Source: Elusimicrobiota bacterium
GTDB taxonomy: Bacteria > Elusimicrobiota > Elusimicrobia > F11
Direction: 5' to 3'
DNA length: 56,207 nucleotides
NCBI GenBank assembly: GCA_046153645.1
Contig: JBJXGI010000046.1
Span: 1 to 56,207 of the forward strand
Shown here: positions 1 through 7,400 of the stretch, piece by piece
Layout: each line of letters begins with the position of its first letter
Numbering within the stretch: the first letter of the stretch is position 1
Made by a program: the position numbers and the translations under genes
Notes under the pieces: model-generated
Seen by the model: the letters and a program-made list of their open reading frames with translations, nothing else
Databases searched by the model: none
What the model was told of the DNA's origin: nothing

Positions 1-127
1 ACCATTTCGCATCTCAGATGCTCAAAGCTAAAGAAAAACTCTTTTCTTCTCTCGGTACAACTTGATTTCTACGACGCACGGCTTGATTCTTATTTGAGGC
101 TCATTCTTGGATTGGAATATGCTGACA

Positions 128-706
128 TCAATAATCAATCCCTGCCTGAGCCGTGATCCCTTTATTATACGGGTGTTTTATCTCTCGCATTTCAGTCACA
201 AGATCGGCCATATCAATCAGCTCTTGGGGAGCATCTCTCCCCGTTAAAATGACATGTGCTGAAGGTGCTTTATATTTAAGACCGCCAATAACCTCTTCTA
301 AAGTTAAAAATTTATACTTAAGCACATAAATAATTTCATCAAATAAAAATATATTATTTTTTCCTTCTTTGAGAAGTTCAACACATCGGTTCCACCCCCG
401 CTTTGCACAAGCGATATCTCGAGCCAAGTCTTTGGTGTCCCACGTAAAACCTTCCCCTTCTGAGAAATAGCTTACTTGAGCCCCAAACTTCTCAAGCGCC
501 TTTATTTCTCCACTGATCCACTCACCTTTTATAAATTGAACCACAGCCACTTTAAAGTTTCGCCCAAGAGAACGAAAAACAGCACCAAAAGCGGCGGTGG
601 ATTTCCCTTTTCCATTTCCGGTATAAATAATAAGAAGTCCCTTTTGGATGCGTTCTGTGGGACCATTAAATTCGCGCGGGGCTAAATCAACAGGAGATTG
701 GGTCAT
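128..706 (-). CDS. cobO: cob(I)yrinic acid a,c-diamide / cobalamin adenosyltransferase (CobO/BtuR)
   Basis: P-loop YTGNGKGKSTAAFG, VVQFIKG, GEGFTW, LFDEI, VILTGR, ADLVTEM..IKHPY..G..AQAGIDY are all CobA/CobO/BtuR hallmarks. Confidence 0.95.
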   Translation of the reverse strand: MTQSPVDLAPREFNGPTERIQKGLLIIYTGNGKGKSTAAFGAVFRSLGRNFKVAVVQFIKGEWISGEIKALEKFGAQVSYFSEGEGFTWDTKDLARDIACAKRGWNRCVELLKEGKNNIFLFDEIIYVLKYKFLTLEEVIGGLKYKAPSAHVILTGRDAPQELIDMADLVTEMREIKHPYNKGITAQAGIDY

Positions 707-1134
707 AATTTTGAAATAATTTTTAAAAATTCTGCTGGCGATATAATTTTTATTCCATGATATTCATAAATTCTTAAAAGACCTGGAATATCTCCGGTTA
801 CAAGAAAGTCTGCATTTCCCCCTACAGCTGTTTCAATAAAAATATCATCATCCGGATCTGTTGAAATTTTAATATCAGGCAAATTAAAGATAATTTCAGC
901 TATCTCCGTCAAAATAAAAGCAATATCTGGGATAAATTGGGTAACTTTGTACTTGCTCTTAATTTTGGGCCTATTTAAAACTTCAAGAATTTCGGCGTTG
1001 ATTGGCAAACTCGTCAATAATCTAAACTTACCTAATTTAACCGCTTTCAATATCTCCCCAGGAACTCCAGCTCTATTGATGACACCAGAAATAAAAACGT
1101 TGGTGTCTAAAACTGCCTTAATTTTATTTTTCAT
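703..1134 (-). CDS. PIN-domain toxin (VapC/PIN_3-like)
   Basis: N-terminal VLDTNVFIS, DPDDD..IETA, ADFLVTGD; overlaps the upstream antitoxin and has an ATGA overlap with cobO. Confidence 0.9.
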   Translation of the reverse strand: MKNKIKAVLDTNVFISGVINRAGVPGEILKAVKLGKFRLLTSLPINAEILEVLNRPKIKSKYKVTQFIPDIAFILTEIAEIIFNLPDIKISTDPDDDIFIETAVGGNADFLVTGDIPGLLRIYEYHGIKIISPAEFLKIISKL

Positions 1135-1378
1135 TTCTTACAGCTTTAATAGCTTTAAAAATGTCTTTATTAAGTTCTTTTTCAGAGATATTTTTATTTG
1201 TAGACCAAACTTGTTCAACACTTTTCCATGGATCATATTGTTTAAGTGCTTTACGAGCCAAAATAGCTCGAACACACAAATCATTAATAGAGCTACCAGT
1301 CTGAACTGCCTCTTTATTCAACTCTTTATGAATTTTTGAAGGAACTCGTATCAATATTTTACCAGCATACTTTTTCAT
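1124..1378 (-). CDS. HicB-like ribbon-helix-helix antitoxin
   Basis: YAGKILIRVPSKIHKEL..EA...G.SINDLC matches the HicB C-terminal RHH pattern; GGAG RBS upstream; directly upstream of the PIN gene. Confidence 0.8.
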   Translation of the reverse strand: MKKYAGKILIRVPSKIHKELNKEAVQTGSSINDLCVRAILARKALKQYDPWKSVEQVWSTNKNISEKELNKDIFKAIKAVRNEK

Positions 1379-1398
1379 GGTTAACTCCTATTTCCAAC

Positions 1399-1428
1399 AT
1401 TATATCATGGACGATAACCAAATGATAT
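1399..1428 (-). promoter_or_regulatory. Probable TA promoter/operator: TATAAT -10 plus ATATCAT-N13-ATGATAT inverted repeat
   Basis: attata at 1399-1404 is TATAAT on the minus strand; inverted repeat arms at 1402-1408 and 1422-1428; no good -35 at normal spacing. Confidence 0.5.
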
Positions 1429-1456
1429 CAACATTATTTCAATGAATATCGAAAAT

Positions 1457-4400
1457 TTACGCATTTAATGCGGCGACAAGGGCACCTTTCAGTCGTTCGG
1501 AAACAGGCGTCACTTTTAAATCACCGGAAAGGACATAAATAATAAATTGGACCAAGGGGTCATGCATATTAACTTCTTCCGGGAGGGCTGTATAAAAATC
1601 AAAACGAAGGTGAGACCTCTCATCATAATGGGCTTTTTTTAACACTACACTAGGAGAAATAAGGCCAACATCAGACACGAAAACAAACTCTACTCGTTTT
1701 AAATAAGCATCAACCTCTGACTCATATCCAGGATATAATTCTTTCATCATTTGCATGAGTGTTACAGCAAATAGTTGTTCTGCCTCTTTATTGCCCGCTA
1801 TTTTTGAGCGCAAAACCAAAATATCTTTTTTCCGGTCTTTTTCCTTATCTTGATTAAATGTTTTGATTCGGCTTAACAGGTGTTCTTTTGTTTGTTCAAA
1901 GACTGCTGGGTTTAAATCTTTATTCATTAATGGACCAATGTAGAACCCATTAACGACGTGAGGTTCAAGTTCTGCCGCTGATTTATCAGCATAAAAAGCT
2001 CTGACCGTTGGATTTCTCTTGTCTAAAATAAATTGTGAAATTCGGCCCCGCAACCACTCAAAATAACTCAACCAAGAATAAGACAGAGTTCCTTCCGTTG
2101 ATAAACCTTTTAAGATCTCACGCATTTCATTATAAGTAAGGTTTGCTCGTCCACCTAAATAAGTGAGGTTTAAAAGAAGTTTCTCCAAATCTTTTTTATT
2201 TGCCTGAGAATCAACACCAACCCGATAATACTCCACTTGACTCTTTAAACGACTTCTCAACATTCGCCCTGTCGCATCAAAATCAAAACCTTTGGCAATC
2301 AATTGATCCTGAAGAGGGCCCACTAATGCCGCAATAAACTTAGCTATTTCTTCATTTGAAATATTGATTGAATCCTCATCTGACTTTTTGGTGACGGCTA
2401 TTCGAGGATCGAGAGTTTTTGTGGTGATCTGATGACCTGAGAAAAGCTGCCATTTTGAATCCTTGCCTTGACGAGAATAAATTTCGTAGTCGCCAAACTT
2501 TCTCCCTTCTGTTAACCCTTGACGGAGCGCTCGAAGAACCTGCAAAGTGCCTTGAACATGACTTTCGCCAGCACCGCTTTGACGACGAATAAAAATTAAA
2601 TTGCCCTTGGGATAACTTTCAACGATTTGTGATTCCCCTACATGAAAACCGAGGTGCCCTTTCAAAGAAACTTCGTGCATAGGAAAATCTCCGTGAGTGT
2701 CTCCTATGGTTACATAGAGAACTTGCCCCTCAGCGCTCTGCCCCTGTTCGGTTAAAAACAAACGGGTTCTTTCTTTTTTTGTTGTTTTACTGACCTTTGC
2801 AAAAACTTTTCCACTCAGAACACTTCTTTCCGACTCAGGAAGAGCTTTCAATAAGACTGAATTATCAAAATTAAACCGAACCGCTAAATTATTCAGATCA
2901 ATATCTCTTACTGGTGCATAAAACTCAACATCGGTTCCCCTCCAAATAAGGCGCGCACCAGGATTTATTCCACCATCACGGATTTTCAACATGATTTCCT
3001 TAAAAGGATCGGTAACCGATTCCATTATTACTTGAAAATCACTCAGCGAAAGCGGTAAATCGAATGAAGTCTTAACATGAGAAGGAAACTGAATATTTTC
3101 TAACAATTCAAGCAAAGGCAAGACCAGCTTTTTATTTTTTGGATCAGAAAACTGCGAATCGCGAACTTCTTCTAGATAAGCTTTTAAAATGACATGTATC
3201 GCCTCAAAAGCTTGCTCCGGAGTATACATATCCAATAATTGAGCGGTGCCGCTATTTCCATGAATGTTTTGTCCGCCCATACTTCCATAAAGATCTATAT
3301 ATTGAGGAGAATAGCCCTCCATTTCATTGTTGAAAGCAGGACCAATGGCAAGATTATCTCGGCGCCAATCATCCGTTTCAATTCCTCCAACGGCTGACCC
3401 GGAAATGGCCGCAAATCGGACGCGACCTGTTTTATCAAGATTTATCAATTCTTCCATAATTTCCGGATCCACATTTTTATGTTCATCGTCTCGAAGCGTT
3501 CCATCAACATCAGCAGCAATAACAATCCGCGCAATTGGTTTTGATTGATCTAAGCCTGCCGAAAAAGCTTGCGTTGGCACTGAACCAACAGGGTTATCGA
3601 TAGAATCGTGATAAAAAGTGAGAGGAATAATAAGTAATGGAAAAAGAATCGCAAAAAAAGTAAGCAACGTGAGCCACAAAACATCAAAACCAGTCATGGC
3701 TTCCCAAGCCTTTCTAAAAGAAAAGGTTTTATTATCGAAAGAAAATCCGCGCAAGATATGTAAACCCCAGAAAATAACGGCTCCCACAAAGGCCGATAGA
3801 ATCAAACTCAGCAAAAATCCCAAATCATAACGATAAAAAGACGCTAAAAATATAATTGTTGGAATGGCCAAACGTGCAACAATTGTTTCAATCCACGAAG
3901 CGTTACGTTTATAAGCGGGGCGATCAATCCAAAAACCACCAGAGCCAAGGGCCGAAATAGAATCGTCTTCCTGAGAACTCATACCTCTGATATAGCTATC
4001 TCTTTCAGAAGAAGGCCAAGACAATCTTTTTAATATATCGTTAAGAGGTCGTTCAGTTTTTCTTTCAATTGTTACGGAAGGGTAATTTACTAAGCCTCCG
4101 AATAAGAATGCTGAAATAAGCCTCCCTTCTAATTCATTTTGACCAACATCCCAAACGTCTTGCGCATTAGTATTTCTCCATAAAAATATAACTCGTCCTT
4201 TTGAGATAAAAACATGATGCGGAATGCCTTGTTCAAGAAGATATTTGGCCTGAGCTGTCATAGCCGTTGAGAGTGCGGCCATATCTTCACCTTGAAATAC
4301 TGTGCTTGTCCCAAGGTAATTTTTCAAAATTCCAAATTCGACTTTATCATCAATACTTCCTTTCACATTAGTTTGGAGTTCATCGATAGGAAGAGGATTG

Positions 4401-7400
4401 AAATAAATATGATCATGAAGTCGAGGCAGTGTCCCTAGCCCCCAACTATTAATATAACCTCTCAACCCGGTCATATTATGGAAAGTAAGAAGATCCAAAT
4501 TAGCGGTTTCATTATCTAAACGTAAATGAAGTTCTTGATCTTGCGGAATAAGCAAACTTTCATGCAATAGGGTTGGTGCATTATCAGTCAATATCCAATA
4601 TTTTCTCTCATTGATAATTACTGTTAAAAGACTTTGGTTAGGAATTATTCTACTTGCGAACAATGGTGAAGTTAAAGGCATAACTGCTGATAAGGGAATG
4701 GGGTGAAGATTTATTTTCTCAATTGAATCAGGTAAATTTCCGGGGTCAAAAGGAAGCGTTTGAAACCAACCAGCCTGACCCAATGAATGGATGTCTGCGG
4801 GAGCTTTCATTTTCCCTTCACCAAATCGACTATCCCAACGTTTTCTCACTTGATCGGGAATAATAGCGGCTGTTTCAGGATCAAGAGTTAATGTTAACTC
4901 GCCTAGCTTAATAGGGACATTTACTTCTCCTTTTTCAGCATGCATCCACTGGGTTTCGTTTGAAAAATGAAGGGTTTCTACTTTTATTTGATCTGGAACT
5001 CCTGCATCCTTAAAAACTCGAGAAAGATTGGCGTATTTTTTGTCGAAAGCTTTAATGGCTTTAACTTGTTCTTCGTTTGGAGTGACTTGGCTTAATGAAC
5101 GGAAAAGAGTAACAATAACAAAAGGACTAGCGGCGGTTCCTTTATATTTATTAGGAGCGTTGGCTTTTCCTTGCTCAGATAAGTTTGTTCTTAAAACGTG
5201 AAGTTCGGGGCTCCAATCCAGCACCAAAACTAAAGATCCATCTTCACCTGCTCGAATACCTTGCGGCACAAGCCCAAATGACTTGGTTTCACTTAATATT
5301 TTCTTGGCCGTGGTGAGAATATTCTTTAGTTCCTCATCTGATAACTTTTTATCTTGAGCATCAAACCCACTTCCGCCTTCAGCAATATTTTGAGCGACAT
5401 TGACACTCACATGATAAGTTTTCGGGTCCACCTTATAAAATTCTTTATTGTCTTGATTTAAACCAGTGATCAAAATCCATTCGTCCACAATTTTTTCGAG
5501 AAGTGCAGTCAGCTGCGGGTTTCCTTCCGCAATTTCAGCGGCAAATGAATAAATATCAGTCTTTAGAGGCTCACCATCAGGAAAATTTTCTTTCATGGAC
5601 TCTAATTTCTGATCATTAAATAAAGACTTTCCTGGAGAGGCCTTCATCATCGTTCCTCTCATGTTCACATATAAAAAATCGGCTTGATCGGCCGGTGAAT
5701 TTGGTTCTTTCGCAGGTTGGCCAGGGGCTTCTTTTGGGACACTGGGATTCATTGTAGTTGAGTTAACATCAACAGCAATGGCGGCGTCCTTAATTCGGTT
5801 ATGAATAGCAATCGCAATTCCGCGGGCCGATTCTCCATCAGACTCCAACTTATCAGCTATATAGAGAGAACTTAAGAAAGCATCTATATTGTTTCGCGTG
5901 TATTCAGGTGAGTATTTTTCTATTAAATACCATTTGGCAATAAAAGCTTTACTCAAAAATTGAGCCGCATAAGGAAGGTCCTTCTCAATCAAAGACCAAA
6001 TGCCATCTACAACGGGGTTGTTTAACCCTTCTGATAATGGAACAAAACGCTCACCTGTATTTAGTAAAACCTGTATCGACTTATCGTTAAAAACCAATTT
6101 CAACGTAAAATTTTCATTCACTACCTCTTGGAAAACACTGCGCAATTCATCTTCAGTCAATTCATATAAAGAACGACTGGTCGCAAGTAAGGCGGGAACA
6201 ACTTTTTTAGAGTCGTAAAAATCAACAAGTGGGATATCTAAACCTACCCTTAATTTCCTAGACAACAGATACAAAATAAAGCCAAAATGTTTTGGCACTT
6301 CTGAATTATTATGAAGAGAAACAAAATAATAAAAAAAGAAACTACCTATTTGTTTTGAGGGCTGTTCAGATTGAACAGCTCCGTTTAAATAACCAAAAAC
6401 CTCATCAACACTCTTCGCCATTTCAAACTGAAATTCTTTGGTAGTCAAATTTGGATACGCCTTAGAATTGCTCTCATCTCGGTAAGCTTTTTCTAATTCA
6501 CTATCAGGGTTAATAATGAAATCTACGCTGGGAATAACCTGTGTATTAGAAAGCTGAGATTCCAAAAAAGAATCGAAATAAAGTTTTAATGCTTCTGATC
6601 CACCTTCATAAACAAAGTCGCCAATATATCGAAAAACCATATGTGCCAGCTCATGGAATGTTTCAAATTCAAGCTTACTCTCTACTAATTGATCCAATGG
6701 AACATGAGTCCCAAAGTTTTTCTCAAACCATAGAGTGCCATGTTTAAGCAAATTATTTTCAAACGCACTGGAATCATCTTTAATTGTTTCAAGATACTCA
6801 TAAATTCTTTTTATATTCTCTAAAGCCTTTGGGAAATTGTCACGCGCCCCAAGAGAACTAACGATAATGCCTATGAGCTTATTGGCAACTGCGGACTCTC
6901 CTCCTTGAAAAACAGCTATCCCAGCAATATCATGCATGCCAATTTTCTTATTAAAATCTGTAACATTAAAATAGGCGAGTTTATCTATTTGAATAGGCAG
7001 AATTTGTATTTGTGGGTTATGGGGATTACTGCCTTTAGAAGAAGCAACTTGCACAATAACCCCATTTGGTGCGAGCCAAGCGTTAAGTTCCTCAACAAAA
7101 CTAAGCAATGCATATCGCTTTCGAACTAAAGGTTTAGTCGAATTCTCAACTGCACTTTCTGCTGCGGCCGTTAGCTGCTCGGGAATTTTTCTTACAAACC
7201 CTCCCAATTTTCCTTTTACTGAATTCCATTCTTTTTTATCAATGTAGCCATTTAAAAATGACTTTTTGAGAAACGGCAAAAGTTCTGATTTAGCTAAATC
7301 CATCAATCTATCTTGATTAACTACCAACGGTGCTAACCCCAACTGAGGGAATTGAATTGTTAACCAATTCCAAGAAAAATGCGCGGCGTTGTAAATTAGA

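Noticed and set aside
1..127. Possible 3' end of a + strand gene at the window edge
   Set aside because: Two frames are open for a short distance and neither is recognisable
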